Positions 47,920 through 58,659 are shown, counted from the whole stretch's first letter. The stretch: DNA of 61,673 bases, filler included, from Alphaproteobacteria bacterium (GCA_024280495.1; 11 parts of 11 records of this genome joined end to end with filler, not necessarily neighbours in it); one strand, 5' to 3'. Made by a program: numbers and translations. The notes: a model not told the origin generated them from the sequence alone.

Positions 47920-49044
47920 TTACTTGAGAAATCGCAGAGGATCAAGGGTTTGCGTTCTTTTTCGAATTTCAAAGTGCAATTGGGGCATTTTGACGTTACC
48001 TGTGGTCCCCACGGTTCCCATTATTTGTCCTTTTTGAACCCGTTGACCCTTTTTAATGCGGGTATTTTTCAAATGTGCATAGGTGGTAAGCCACCCCCCA
48101 TTATGTTTGAGGAGAATAAGTTTTCCATATCCTTTAAGAGCACCGCCAACATAAACAACCTGACCAAATTCCGACGCTTTTACCGCGGTTCCCCGTATGG
48201 CTTGAATATTAATACCATCATTTTTGAGACCGCCTTTTTTATGTCCATATTTGGAAAGAATACGTCCCCGCACAGGCCATGAGAAGGATGGGTTAATATT
48301 TTTTTTCGTTTGAGGTTGTTTTTTAAGCCCTCTTTTATTTTGCTTAAAAGATGGTTTTAAGGGCACTAGAAAGGCTCTCCTTTGTGATGAAGCAGAAAAT
48401 GCCCTTTTTTCAAGGGGCGGAGCAGCGGCTTTTTTTTTATCCTTGTTCAAGAATTTATCATTATGTGGCTTAATAGGTGACACGGGTTCTAAGGTCGTGA
48501 TTCTTTTCTCTCCTGGAGCAATAAAATTATTTTCCCAGTTTTTCTCGGAAGTTTTTGATACTAAGGGAATAATTGTTTTACGAGGCGCTTTTTTTAGTGT
48601 TGTTGTTTTTCCCCAATATGGTTTTTGTTTTTTTTTGTAAGGTAATTTTAAACGTTGGTTCTCATAAAGAGTGTAAGGGGCGGATAACTTATTATTTTCA
48701 ATAAGATCATGCTGACTTACATGACGATCTCGGGCAATACTCCTAACGGTCTCAAATTTACGAACGATATGAATGTGTTTTATGGGGAGACGAAGACCCT
48801 GACCTTGTTTAATAACATAGGGGGGACGTAAATTATTGGCTTCAATTAAATCACGGAGTGCAATGTCATATCGCTTGGCAATGATATAAATGGTATCTCC
48901 TTTTTGCACGGAAACCGCGCGATAGGAGGCGATTTCAATACGGGGGTTTCGAAAAGATGAAACGGCATGGTTCTGACAGCTACTTGTGAGCAAAATAGTG
49001 ATAAAAAGGCTTAAAGAAAAGAGTAAACCTATCTTTTTAGACAT
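47920..49044 (-). CDS. LysM plus M23 peptidase-domain lipoprotein (NlpD-like)
   Basis: Lipobox-like LTSSC, two LysM repeats, and an M23 domain (NDGINI, YAHL, PQLHFEIR); follows surE. Confidence 0.88.
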   Translation of the reverse strand: MSKKIGLLFSLSLFITILLTSSCQNHAVSSFRNPRIEIASYRAVSVQKGDTIYIIAKRYDIALRDLIEANNLRPPYVIKQGQGLRLPIKHIHIVRKFETVRSIARDRHVSQHDLIENNKLSAPYTLYENQRLKLPYKKKQKPYWGKTTTLKKAPRKTIIPLVSKTSEKNWENNFIAPGEKRITTLEPVSPIKPHNDKFLNKDKKKAAAPPLEKRAFSASSQRRAFLVPLKPSFKQNKRGLKKQPQTKKNINPSFSWPVRGRILSKYGHKKGGLKNDGINIQAIRGTAVKASEFGQVVYVGGALKGYGKLILLKHNGGWLTTYAHLKNTRIKKGQRVQKGQIMGTVGTTGNVKMPQLHFEIRKRTQTLDPLRFLK

Positions 49045-49801
49045 CATCCTTAAAGGCCTTCTGTAGGCTACCCAGTGTTTTATAATGGGTGAAATCAATA
49101 TGAAGCGGGGTTAGAGTAATAAAATCTTCGGTAATTTTCACAAGGTCAGTACCTTTAATGTCCGTTTGCTCGCCTCTGGTACCACTGGCAATCCAATAAA
49201 ATTCTTCACCACGGGGATCGACCCATTTAGTGATTTCTCCGTTGTCGTGACGCATGCCTTGAGGAACCACAGCAATACCTTGAACTGAATCTGGCATCAC
49301 ATTAGGAAAATTAAGATTCATAAGAACCTTTTTTTCCCATCCAATATCAAGAAGTTTTTTGATAATGCCTGGTGCCCATTGTTCAGCGGTTTCCCATCTA
49401 ACAGGTTGGTTAGATTTCACCATTTGCGATAATGCAATAGACGGAACCCCAAGAAGGGTTGCCTCCATTGCGGCAGCAATTGTTCCAGAATAGGTGACAT
49501 CTTCCCCAAGATTTCCACCATAATTCACACCAGATAACATCAAGTCAGGTTTTTTATTTTTCAAAAGACGTTTTAAGGCCAATTGCATACAATCCGTTGG
49601 CGTCCCATCAACGGCATAGCGTTGTTCTGAAATATGGCGAATATGAAGGGGGCGCCCCAAAGTCAAAGAGTGTCCAGCACCACTGTGCTCAATCTCAGGG
49701 GCAACAATCCATACATCATCTGTAAAGGATTTGGCAATACGCTCAAGAACTTTAAGACCTGGGGCATTAATGCTATCGTCGTTGGAAATGAGAATGCGCA
49801 T
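49037..49801 (-). CDS. surE: 5'/3'-nucleotidase SurE
   Basis: MRILISNDD, GTPTDC, SGVNYGGN and YSGTIAAAME. Confidence 0.96.
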   Translation of the reverse strand: MRILISNDDSINAPGLKVLERIAKSFTDDVWIVAPEIEHSGAGHSLTLGRPLHIRHISEQRYAVDGTPTDCMQLALKRLLKNKKPDLMLSGVNYGGNLGEDVTYSGTIAAAMEATLLGVPSIALSQMVKSNQPVRWETAEQWAPGIIKKLLDIGWEKKVLMNLNFPNVMPDSVQGIAVVPQGMRHDNGEITKWVDPRGEEFYWIASGTRGEQTDIKGTDLVKITEDFITLTPLHIDFTHYKTLGSLQKAFKDDV

Positions 49802-49823
49802 GTTTTATTTTCTCTTTTTTTGA

Positions 49824-51128
49824 TTACGTTATAAATTCTAACCCATTCATATAAGAACGCAAGGCTTCAGGAACACGGATAGATCCGTCGGCTTGTTGAT
49901 AGTTTTCAAGGATCGCAACCGTTGTTCGACCAACAGCAAGACCAGATCCATTAAGGGTATTCACGAAACGAGGCTTTTGTTTTTTGCCATTGATATCATC
50001 TTCACGAAAACGGGCTTTCATACGGCGTGCTTGATAATCTCCACAGGTTGAACAACTGGAAATCTCACGGTAGGTATCTTCACCAGGCAACCAAACTTCA
50101 AGGTCATAAGTTTTTTCAGATTGAATCCCCATATCACCACCACAAAGCAACATACGACGATAAGGTAATTCAAGGGCTTCGAGAATGCCTTCTGCGCAAG
50201 AAACCATGCGTTCATGTTCATGGGCCGTTTGATCAGGATGAGTTATGGAAACCATTTCAACTTTATTAAATTGGTGAAGGCGAATCATGCCCCTTGTATC
50301 CCGTCCTGAAGCGCCAGCTTCGGATCTAAAGCAAGGCGTGTGGGCCACAAATCGGAGAGGCAATTTGTCCTTATCAATAATCATATTACTGACCATATTA
50401 GAAAGAGGCACCTCGGATGTTGGGATTAACCAGTGATTTTCCGTTGTTTGGAAAGCATTATCCGCAAATTTTGGTAACAATCCCGCCCCATAAAAAGCAT
50501 CATCTTTTACAAGAACTGGCGGTTGAATCTCTACATAACCCGATTTATCAATATGCTGATCCAGCATGAAATTAGCCAAAGCACGCTCCAATTTAGCAAG
50601 GGGACCACGCAACAAAACAAAACGAGATCCTGACATTTTTGAGGCCGTTTCAAAATCCATCAATGGGTCGCCATTTCCCTCATTCTTACCAAGAGCTTCC
50701 CCAAGGTCAAAGTGACGTTTCGGTTCGAAATTGAATTCTGGAATAACGCCCCATGTTTTCACGAGCTTATTATCAACTTCATCCGCACCGACGGGAACTT
50801 CATCACGGGCAAGGTTGGGGGTGACAGACAAAAGAAGGTGTAAGTCTTTTTCCGCTTCTTCTGCCTTCGAGGTTAGTGTTCCAATTTTTTCTTTGATATG
50901 AGATGCGCGCTCACCAAGGTCGTCAGCGTTGACTCCCTTTTTTTTAGCTTCACCAAAGGCTTTGGCCACTGCATTCCGTTCCGATTGAAGGTCTTGGAGT
51001 TGGGTTAGAAAGGAACGATGTTTTTAATCTAAATCAATAAGAGTTTGTGCTATAGCTGGTTTTTGACGTTTTTCAAGGCCTGCATCCAAGGCATCGGGAT
51101 TTTCTCTGATCCATTTAATATCTAACAC
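49824..51128 (-). CDS. serS: Serine-tRNA ligase, full length but with an in-frame TAA at codon 35 (51024-51026)
   Basis: GTG 51128 gives MLDIKWIRENPDALDAGLEKRQKPAIAQTLIDLD*KHRSFLTQ..., continuing in frame into IPTSE, CFRSEAG, RLHQFNKVE and TLNGSGLAVGR. 435 codons including the terminal stop. Confidence 0.93.
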
Positions 51129-51145
51129 GGCAAGTAGTCTCCATT

Positions 51146-51907
51146 TTAGTGGTTATGTATTTTGGGTGCAGTAAAACGCACCAATAGAATAGATAATTCA
51201 TACAACATATAAAGAGGTGTTGCGAGCCCCAACATGCTCAAGACATCTGGAGGGGTTAAAAAAGCAGATACCATCAGAATTAAAACAAGGGCATATCGAC
51301 GTTTTTCAGAGAGGGTTATATGGGTGATAATCCCCATGCGTGCGAGCATTAATAAAATTAATGGTAATTGAAAACAAATGCCAAAAGCCATCATCATTTG
51401 TAAGGTCATGGAAAGATATTCACTAACTCGGGCTTCCAGCTGCACCGCAAGCCCCGTGAGAGGTGCCGTGGTTTCATAACTCAGAAAAAACTTCCAAGCC
51501 ATGGGAATAATACCGTAAAAGGCAAAACTTGCTCCAAGGATAAAAAGAAAAGGCGCAACTAACACAAAAAAAAGAAACCCTTGGCGTTCTTTTTGATAAA
51601 GCCCAGGGGTGATAAAACGCCATGTTTGATAGGCAGTCCAAGGCATGGAAAGGGCAAATGCAGCAAAAAGAGTAACTTTGATATAGGTTAGAAAGGCTTC
51701 AGGCAGGCCTGTATAGATCAAGCGTCTAGAGTTATCGAGAAGATCGGCCAAAGGAGTGACAAGGTAAGAAAATAAATGCTCGGATACGGGATAAAGGGAA
51801 ATAAAGGCAATAGTAAAAAAAATAAAACAGCTTAATAAACGAGAACGAAGCTCAATGAGATGTTCCAACAGAGGTTGTTTTTTAAATTTTTTATTTTCGA
51901 CGGTCAT
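51146..51907 (-). CDS. tatC: Twin-arginine translocase subunit TatC
   Basis: HLIELRSRL, FITPGLYQKER, FGICFQLP and LTPPD. Confidence 0.96.
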   Translation of the reverse strand: MTVENKKFKKQPLLEHLIELRSRLLSCFIFFTIAFISLYPVSEHLFSYLVTPLADLLDNSRRLIYTGLPEAFLTYIKVTLFAAFALSMPWTAYQTWRFITPGLYQKERQGFLFFVLVAPFLFILGASFAFYGIIPMAWKFFLSYETTAPLTGLAVQLEARVSEYLSMTLQMMMAFGICFQLPLILLMLARMGIITHITLSEKRRYALVLILMVSAFLTPPDVLSMLGLATPLYMLYELSILLVRFTAPKIHNH

Positions 51908-52280
51908 TTTTTTTACCTCCTTTTTTGAGAGGTTTTTTAGCAGTCCTTACCTTTTTCTTTTTTAAAGGTTCTTGAGAAGGTTTTAAATCATCTGAAATTT
52001 GAAATTCTTTTTCTTCATCCGCTATATCATCGGTTTCCCCTATATCATCGGTTAAAGGGGTCATCATACCGTCTTTATGAGATTTTTTGATATAGGCCTC
52101 AACCTCACCCTCTTGGATATATTGATCAACTTCGCGGCGGATATTTGAGGATAGAAATTTAAAACGCTGAATGAGACGACCAAGGGCGCGCAACAAAGTT
52201 GGCATTTCTTTAGGCCCAATAAAAATAAGCGCAGCAAGAGCAATGATAAAAAGCTCTCCCCAAGTTCCAAGGTCAAACAT
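51891..52280 (-). CDS. tatB: Twin-arginine translocase subunit TatB
   Basis: MFDLGTWGELFIIALAALIFIGPKEMP; overlaps the tatC start. Confidence 0.9.
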   Translation of the reverse strand: MFDLGTWGELFIIALAALIFIGPKEMPTLLRALGRLIQRFKFLSSNIRREVDQYIQEGEVEAYIKKSHKDGMMTPLTDDIGETDDIADEEKEFQISDDLKPSQEPLKKKKVRTAKKPLKKGGKKNDRRK

Positions 52281-52323
52281 AAATTAAGACTTTTTAATTG
52301 TTTTTTTGGGGGCTTTTTTTTTC

Positions 52324-52423
52324 NNNNNNNNNNNNNNNNNNNNNNNNNNNNNNNNNNNNNNNNNNNNTTAATTAATTAANNNNNNNNNNNNNNNNNNNNN
52401 NNNNNNNNNNNNNNNNNNNNNNN
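52324..52423. other. Artificial contig spacer
   Basis: N44-TTAATTAATTAA-N44. Confidence 0.99.
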
Positions 52424-52424
52424 C

Positions 52425-52964
52425 ATGGATGAGGCAGATTTTATTCTTTCCCTGGGTCCTGATGAGTGGCATTCAGAATTAGATTATTACAAACTTATCC
52501 TTGAAAAAGCGAATGAGTTTAAGTTACCAATGGTGTGTGCATCCCCTGATTTACATGTAGAATATCAGGGAAATAGGTCCATTAGGGCTGGTGCTATTGC
52601 GCAATATTACGAAAGCCTTGGCGGTGATGTTTTTTATCATGGCAAGCCTTATAAGCCTTTTTATAGATCCTTACTCAGGGACCTAGAACCTTTTCAAAAA
52701 AATGATATTTTAATTTTAGGTGATTCATATTTAACGGACATTAAGGGAGCTTCTAAATCGGGTATTGATTCTATGTTATGTCTCAGCGATACAACTCAAA
52801 TTGATTTTGAAATGTCAGGACTCGCAACGGATTATCAAAAGCGCAAAAAAAAGGCACTTAAATCCCAAACATCATCAAAGGTTATCCCAACACCTACCCT
52901 TGATGAAATTCTGACGGAACAAGATTATGTCCCAACTTATATAATGGATAAACTTCAATGGTAG
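52425..52964 (+). CDS. HAD-superfamily class IIA hydrolase (TIGR01459-like), N-terminus missing
   Basis: MVCASPD, AGAIAQYYESLGG, HGKPY and LGDSYLTDIKGA. Confidence 0.85.
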   Translation: MDEADFILSLGPDEWHSELDYYKLILEKANEFKLPMVCASPDLHVEYQGNRSIRAGAIAQYYESLGGDVFYHGKPYKPFYRSLLRDLEPFQKNDILILGDSYLTDIKGASKSGIDSMLCLSDTTQIDFEMSGLATDYQKRKKKALKSQTSSKVIPTPTLDEILTEQDYVPTYIMDKLQW

Positions 52965-52977
52965 AGCACTCCGTACA

Positions 52978-54255
52978 ATGATAGAAAACCCTCTTCTTTT
53001 TTCCATTTTTTCCATTGTCATTTTAATTGTTTTATCTGCAATTTTTTCTGGAACTGAGGCTGCTTTTTTGGCGGCTTCTAAAGTAAAACTTCATAACCTT
53101 TCAAAGGAAGGAAATGAAAAAGCTGCTTTAGTTTCTGAATTAAAAGAACGTATGGAAAAAGTTATTAGCACCCTTCTTGTTTGCAATAACTTGGTTAATA
53201 TTTTAGCTTCTTCCCTTGCAACGGGTGTCTTTATTAGCCTGGTTGGTGAATCAGGAGTAGTTTATGCAACAGTAATAATGACAATTGTGATTGTTATTTT
53301 TGCAGAAGTTGTCCCAAAATTTTATGCCATGCGTCAGTCTGAAAGCTTTGCCATGAGCGTTGTTTCTATCTTAAAAGTTTTGATGGTTATTTTCAAACCC
53401 ATTACCCGTGTGTTTGAGGTTATTGCCATGGGAGTCCTAAGATTAATGGGGCTTAAGGTCTCTTCATCGGGAATGTTATCTAATAGCATCGAAGAACTCC
53501 GCGGTATTATTGACATGCACAAAGGAGACGCGGAAGCCGTTGAAGAGCGCGCTATGTTACACAGTGTTTTGGACCTTGGGGATGTGGATGTCGAAGAAGT
53601 TATGGTACATCGTCAAGATATTAAAGTTTTGAACCTTGATGCCCCTCCTTCTGAAATTATTCAAGAACTCGTCGCTTCCCATCATACGCGTTTACCTATT
53701 TATCAAGGAGATTATGATAATATTGTGGGTATTATTCATGCAAAGAAATTTTTGCAATTGGTTCAGGATCATCAAAATAGTGATGGAGATATTACAAAAG
53801 AAGATATTTTACAGTGCGCGAAAAAACCTTGGTTTATTCCTGAAATGACGACCCTTTTTGAACAGCTTCAAGCTTTTCGAAAACGCCGTGAACATATGGC
53901 GTTTGTGGTTGATGAATATGGAGCTCTTCAGGGTCTAGTAACTTTGGAAGATATTATTGAAGAAATCGTGGGTGACATTGATGACGAACATGACCCCAAT
54001 AAAACAGGGTTTTGGCAAATGCAGAATGGCGATGTTTTCGCCATCGGTGTGTCGACCATCCGAGATTTAAATCGCCAGTATGATTGGGATCTATCGGACG
54101 ATGATGCATCTACCATTGCGGGACTGGTCATGCATGAATCAAGGTCAATCCCTAAAAATGGCCAAAGTTTTCGCATTGAAGGTTATACCATAAAGGTTAT
54201 AAGGCGCCTTCGAAATCAGATAACCCTTGTTAAAATTATTAAACCTCAAAAATAA
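52978..54255 (+). CDS. HlyC/CorC (CNNM) family transporter
   Basis: DUF21 membrane domain (SAIFSGTEAA, NNLVNI, FAEVVPK), a CBS pair (VVDEYG...TLEDIIEEIVGDI) and a CorC_HlyC domain. Confidence 0.93.
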   Translation: MIENPLLFSIFSIVILIVLSAIFSGTEAAFLAASKVKLHNLSKEGNEKAALVSELKERMEKVISTLLVCNNLVNILASSLATGVFISLVGESGVVYATVIMTIVIVIFAEVVPKFYAMRQSESFAMSVVSILKVLMVIFKPITRVFEVIAMGVLRLMGLKVSSSGMLSNSIEELRGIIDMHKGDAEAVEERAMLHSVLDLGDVDVEEVMVHRQDIKVLNLDAPPSEIIQELVASHHTRLPIYQGDYDNIVGIIHAKKFLQLVQDHQNSDGDITKEDILQCAKKPWFIPEMTTLFEQLQAFRKRREHMAFVVDEYGALQGLVTLEDIIEEIVGDIDDEHDPNKTGFWQMQNGDVFAIGVSTIRDLNRQYDWDLSDDDASTIAGLVMHESRSIPKNGQSFRIEGYTIKVIRRLRNQITLVKIIKPQK

Positions 54256-54268
54256 ATGAGATTCCGTA

Positions 54269-54553
54269 ATGAATAGTGTCAATATAAACATTGAAAACAC
54301 CCGTGATAAACGTCTTTTATTCCTTTTAAAGGAAAGTTTTTCTCCTGAAAGCCTTGAGGTTATCAATGAATCTCACTTGCATTATGGTCATAAAGGATCA
54401 CCAGGTACGGGTGACTCCCATTATAAAATCATTATAAAAGCACATGCCTTTGATGGTCTTAATCGTGTTGCCGCACATCGTCTTATAAACGACATTGTCG
54501 CCGTTGAATTTAAATCTGGCCTCCATGCATTGAGTTTGAAAATTATTAAGTAA
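54269..54553 (+). CDS. bolA: BolA family protein
   Basis: VINESHLHYGH, SHY, RVAAHRLI and GLHALSL. Confidence 0.92.
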   Translation: MNSVNINIENTRDKRLLFLLKESFSPESLEVINESHLHYGHKGSPGTGDSHYKIIIKAHAFDGLNRVAAHRLINDIVAVEFKSGLHALSLKIIK

Positions 54554-54615
54554 CGATAAAAAGGCCATAAGGCCTTTTATAACTAAGTACTTGATCTTTT
54601 ATAAATATGACTTTT

Positions 54616-55017
54616 TTAAAGATCGTCAATATTACGTGGTGTTGATGGGGTGTTTCTTTTGATCTTCATGCCACTGAATTTGATCTCTTCTAAACTTTCC
54701 GTAAAATCATCAAGGGAAACATTTTTTTTTGCCATTGCAATAGTGCGATATGGGTTTTTATAAACTTCTCTGCGTGCTTCTTTTTTGGCTTTTCTTTTGG
54801 CTCTCCAGCTTTGGATTTTTTTTTGTGCTTTATGGAATAAAAATGGCAAAATTGGTTCGCCGAGAGGATCTACTTCTTTTCCAAATTTATCTACTGTTTT
54901 CATTACTCCTATTAAATCGTTAATGGGAAATGAGGTTTTGGCTGATTGAGCGCTCACAAGGGTGATCATAACGGAAATTAAAAAATAGGCAGTTAGATTT
55001 GTTTTTTTTATCATCAT
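54616..55017 (-). CDS. Hypothetical exported basic protein
   Basis: AAGGAG RBS, signal peptide and a K/R-rich middle section. Confidence 0.6.
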   Translation of the reverse strand: MMIKKTNLTAYFLISVMITLVSAQSAKTSFPINDLIGVMKTVDKFGKEVDPLGEPILPFLFHKAQKKIQSWRAKRKAKKEARREVYKNPYRTIAMAKKNVSLDDFTESLEEIKFSGMKIKRNTPSTPRNIDDL

Positions 55018-55109
55018 ATTATTCTCCTTTAGATATATTTTTTTGGCTTCAAGTAAATGATCACAGGTAAGACTATAAAAACCATAAAGAAGAAGTTTTA
55101 TTTTAAAAA

Positions 55110-55209
55110 NNNNNNNNNNNNNNNNNNNNNNNNNNNNNNNNNNNNNNNNNNNNTTAATTAATTAANNNNNNNNNNNNNNNNNNNNNNNNNNNNNNNNNNN
55201 NNNNNNNNN
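55110..55209. other. Artificial contig spacer
   Basis: N44-TTAATTAATTAA-N44. Confidence 0.99.
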
Positions 55210-56549
55210 ACATGTTTTCCTTTTTGCGAAAGACGCAAGCGTTGTTCTACCCCAAATCGATGTTGTTCATCCACCACAACAAATCCAAGGTTTTTAAAAA
55301 TAACATCATCTTGAATCAGGGCATGGGTACCAATAAGAATTTGTATATCACCGTTTGTGAGAGCCTTGTAAATTTTATTTTTTTCGGATTTTCGTGCCTT
55401 ACCCGTTAAAAGGTCAACCCTAATACCAAGAGCATCACACAAAGGGGCAAGAGTTACTAAATGCTGGCGTGCTAAAATCTCCGTTGGGGCCATAATAGCC
55501 GCTTGATATCCATTATCAATGGCAACGAGGGATGACAAAAAGGCGACTATGGTCTTACCACTTCCAACATCACCTTGTAATAAACGATTCATACAGTAAT
55601 TGGCTTTGAAATCTTCTCTGATGTCTTTAATAACTTTTTTTTGATCTCCAGTGAGATCAAAGGGAAGAATGGCCAATGCCCTTTCACTCAAATCTGTTTG
55701 TAGATTTTTTGAACCCCCCCCCTGACGACGGTTGAAATGGCGCACTAACTGCAGAGCAATTTGATTGGCCAACAATTCATCATAGGCCAACCTCTCCCGC
55801 GAAGGCGTTAGGGGTAATAAATCAAGATTTGTTTTAGGCGTATGAAGATCAAGGATAGAAGGTCCCCACCCCTCCCATTTTGGATGCCATTTTCGCGTTT
55901 GTTCACCAAGCCATTCGGGTAACGCATTTGGTTTTTTGGGAACTGACCGCAACACATTGTAAAGAACCCGCATCAATGTTTTTTGTGTCAGTGATTGGGT
56001 TAGTGGATAAGACGGCCGAACTCCAATCCACTCGCAATAGGTTTCAAGAGAGCCCACATGATCAGGGTGCGTCACTTGCCATTGCCCCTTATACATTTCC
56101 AATTTCCCAGAGACCACAACGGTTTCTTGTTCTGGCATGAGGGTACGCAAATAAGGACCTCGTCCTTGAAAAAAAACAAGAGATGCCATAGTTTCTTCTA
56201 CCACACAATACACTCGATGGGGTTGACGTCCGCCGCCCCTACCCCCACCTGGAGTTTGATGTTTGAGAATTTTTGCTTTGAAAGTAACCACATCACCAAC
56301 GACACAATTTTCAAAATTTTTAATGGCTTTTCGTGTGCTAACCCCTGTTGGGATATGGTATAAAAGATCTAAAAAACGTTTCCCCGCAAGACGCTCAAGT
56401 GCCTTAAGGACCGTTGGCCCCACACCATAAATATCACTTAAGGGTTGCAATAGATTTTTGAGTAAGGACTGTTGAGAAAAAGACAATATAACGCCACAGA
56501 GGTTAAGTTCACTGATATATATGGTAATACAATGATCTAATTTCACCAA
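55210..56549 (-). CDS. recG: ATP-dependent DNA helicase RecG (C-terminus missing, start uncertain)
   Basis: RLAYDELLA, RLLQGDVGSGKT, MAPTEILARQH and DEQHRFGVEQR. Confidence 0.95.
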
Positions 56550-56591
56550 GCCCCCTTACGCCTCGTGTAAACAAAAAACCAATCAAGTATA
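56550..56591. repeat. Half copy of the family B element
   Basis: CCCCTTACGCCTCGTGTAAACAAAAAACCAATCAAGTATA is the reverse complement of 11238-11277 with 2 mismatches. Confidence 0.85.
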
Positions 56592-56594
56592 TAT

Positions 56595-57578
56595 TTAGTA
56601 ACTATTTCGAATCTTGCGCCATTTCTGGTGATTAGTCTTATGTGCCTTGTATGTTTTTGAAAAAATATGTCCACCGCTGCCGTCGGCTACGAAATAAAGC
56701 TCATTTGTTTTTAATGGATTCATAACAGCGCGCAAAGAATCCCCGCCCACATGACAAATAGGTCCAGGTGGCAAGCCCTTATGAAGGTAGGTATTATAAG
56801 GAGAGTCAATACTCAAATGTTTTTGCAAAAGAGCCCCTTTAAAATTCTGACCTGTCTTTAATTCAACGGCGTAAATCACCGTTGGATCCGTTTGAAGAGG
56901 CATCCCCAATCTCAAACGATTCAAAAATACGGCCGCAATTCGAGGACGCTCAACTGCTATGGCCGTTTCTTTTTCAATAATACTCGCAAGGATAATTATG
57001 TCATATTTGGATTTTAAAAAAAAATCAGTGGGGCGGTTCTGCCATAGGTTGTCCAAGAATCGATCCAGGTCTTTTTGTGCACGTTCAATAAAGTCTTTCT
57101 TTGAGTCGCCCCTCCTTAATGCATAAGTTTCAGCCAGCATGGACCCCTCATGGATTTTTTTCAAAGGAGGCCCCGTTAAAACATCGCTTTTATTCAAAAG
57201 AGTTATAATTTCTCGGGAGGAAAGGCCCTCTGGAATTGTCAAGGAATGCTGAACGACATCCCCGGTCATGAGTGTTTGGACAATGGAATTTTGAGAAAGG
57301 GTACCCTGAAATTGATATTCACCAGATTGAAGGAGTGCCCCCCACCCTCGCAAACGAAGATTCCAATAAAAAAGAGCGTTTTTTTTAAGGATACCTTGAG
57401 TTTTCAAGAGATTTTCAATGGATTTAGCAGAAAAACCCTTCGGAACAACCAGAGTAACTGGCGCTTCAAGGATGTAAGTAACATTAAAGTCTCGTGAAAA
57501 TTTTTGGTGCGCCAATAGGGCTAAAATGAGTCCGCCCAAGACAAAAAAGGCCGCAAGGGTTTTAAAAAAATTCCCCAT
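56595..57578 (-). CDS. mltG: Endolytic transglycosylase MltG
   Basis: TIPEG, LASIIEKET, NRLRLGMPLQTDPT, SPYNTY and LPPGPI; follows fabF. Confidence 0.95.
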   Translation of the reverse strand: MGNFFKTLAAFFVLGGLILALLAHQKFSRDFNVTYILEAPVTLVVPKGFSAKSIENLLKTQGILKKNALFYWNLRLRGWGALLQSGEYQFQGTLSQNSIVQTLMTGDVVQHSLTIPEGLSSREIITLLNKSDVLTGPPLKKIHEGSMLAETYALRRGDSKKDFIERAQKDLDRFLDNLWQNRPTDFFLKSKYDIIILASIIEKETAIAVERPRIAAVFLNRLRLGMPLQTDPTVIYAVELKTGQNFKGALLQKHLSIDSPYNTYLHKGLPPGPICHVGGDSLRAVMNPLKTNELYFVADGSGGHIFSKTYKAHKTNHQKWRKIRNSY

Positions 57579-57602
57579 GGATTTCTCCTATTAATGGTTT
57601 TC

Positions 57603-58658
57603 TTAAGAAAACTTTTTGAGGATCAAAGTCGCATTGGTTCCACCAAACCCAAAGGAATTTGAAAGAACATATTCAAGTTTCTTTTCTTTAGCCACAAGGG
57701 GAATAAGATCCATACCCGCACAAAAATCAGAAGGGTTTTCTAAATTTAATGTTGGTGGCATAATACTCTCATTCATAGCCTTCAAAGCAAAAATGGCTTC
57801 AAGACCACCAGCAGCACCTAATAAATGACCCGTGGATGATTTCGTGGAAGATACGGAAACTGAACCCGTACCAAAAATTTTTCGAACGGCGCCCAGCTCA
57901 AGTTCATCCCCCATGGGGGTCGATGTACCATGGGCATTTACATATCCAATTTGATCGGCATTAATACCTGCTCGTTTCAAGGCCATTTCCATAGAACGTG
58001 CAGCTCCCTTACCTTCTGGATGTGGTGATGTGATATGATTGGCATCACCAGTAAGGCCATACCCAACAACCTCACCATAGATTTTAGCACCACGTTTCTT
58101 AGCATGCTCAAGTTCCTCAAGAACAACAATTCCTGATCCCTCCCCCATCACAAAACCATCACGTCCTTCATCCCAAGGCCTAGAGGCTTTTTCAGGGGTG
58201 TCATTATAATTAGAAGACAATGCTCGCATGGCTGAAAAGCCAGCTGATCCCAAACGACAAAGAGCAGCCTCGGCCCCGCCCGCCACCATAACATCTGCAT
58301 CACCCCATTGAATAAGACGTGCAGCATCCCCAATGGCATGTGCACCACTAGAGCACGCCGTTACCGTTGCATGGTTAGGTCCTTGAAAACCATATTTAAT
58401 AGATACATGTCCCGCAACAAGGTTAATAAGGGATGCGGGAATAAAGAAAGGGGATACTTTTTTGAATCCACCTTCGTGAAGCGCAATGGCCGTATCATAA
58501 ATACGGGGAAGCCCCCCAATGCCAGCCCCAATCATAACACCAGTACGTTCTTTATCATGGTCATCCGTTGGTATCCAGCCAGAATCTTCAACAGCCTGCA
58601 TCGCTGCACTCAACCCATAAAGTACAAAACGATCTGTTTTACGTTGATCTTTTTTTGC
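57603..58658 (-). CDS. fabF: Beta-ketoacyl-ACP synthase II, N-terminus missing
   Basis: VSPFFIP, TACSSG, NAHGTST, KSSTGHLLGAAG and SNSFGFGGTN. Confidence 0.96.
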   Translation of the reverse strand, partial: AKKDQRKTDRFVLYGLSAAMQAVEDSGWIPTDDHDKERTGVMIGAGIGGLPRIYDTAIALHEGGFKKVSPFFIPASLINLVAGHVSIKYGFQGPNHATVTACSSGAHAIGDAARLIQWGDADVMVAGGAEAALCRLGSAGFSAMRALSSNYNDTPEKASRPWDEGRDGFVMGEGSGIVVLEELEHAKKRGAKIYGEVVGYGLTGDANHITSPHPEGKGAARSMEMALKRAGINADQIGYVNAHGTSTPMGDELELGAVRKIFGTGSVSVSSTKSSTGHLLGAAGGLEAIFALKAMNESIMPPTLNLENPSDFCAGMDLIPLVAKEKKLEYVLSNSFGFGGTNATLILKKFS

Positions 58659-58659
58659 C

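Noticed and set aside
49824..51128. Stop-codon reassignment as the explanation for the serS TAA
   Set aside because: TAA, TAG and TGA all terminate conserved genes at the expected positions throughout the window.
52284..52323. Lys-rich ORF end upstream of tatB (possibly tatA)
   Set aside because: Only about 12 low-complexity codons before the contig end; not identifiable.
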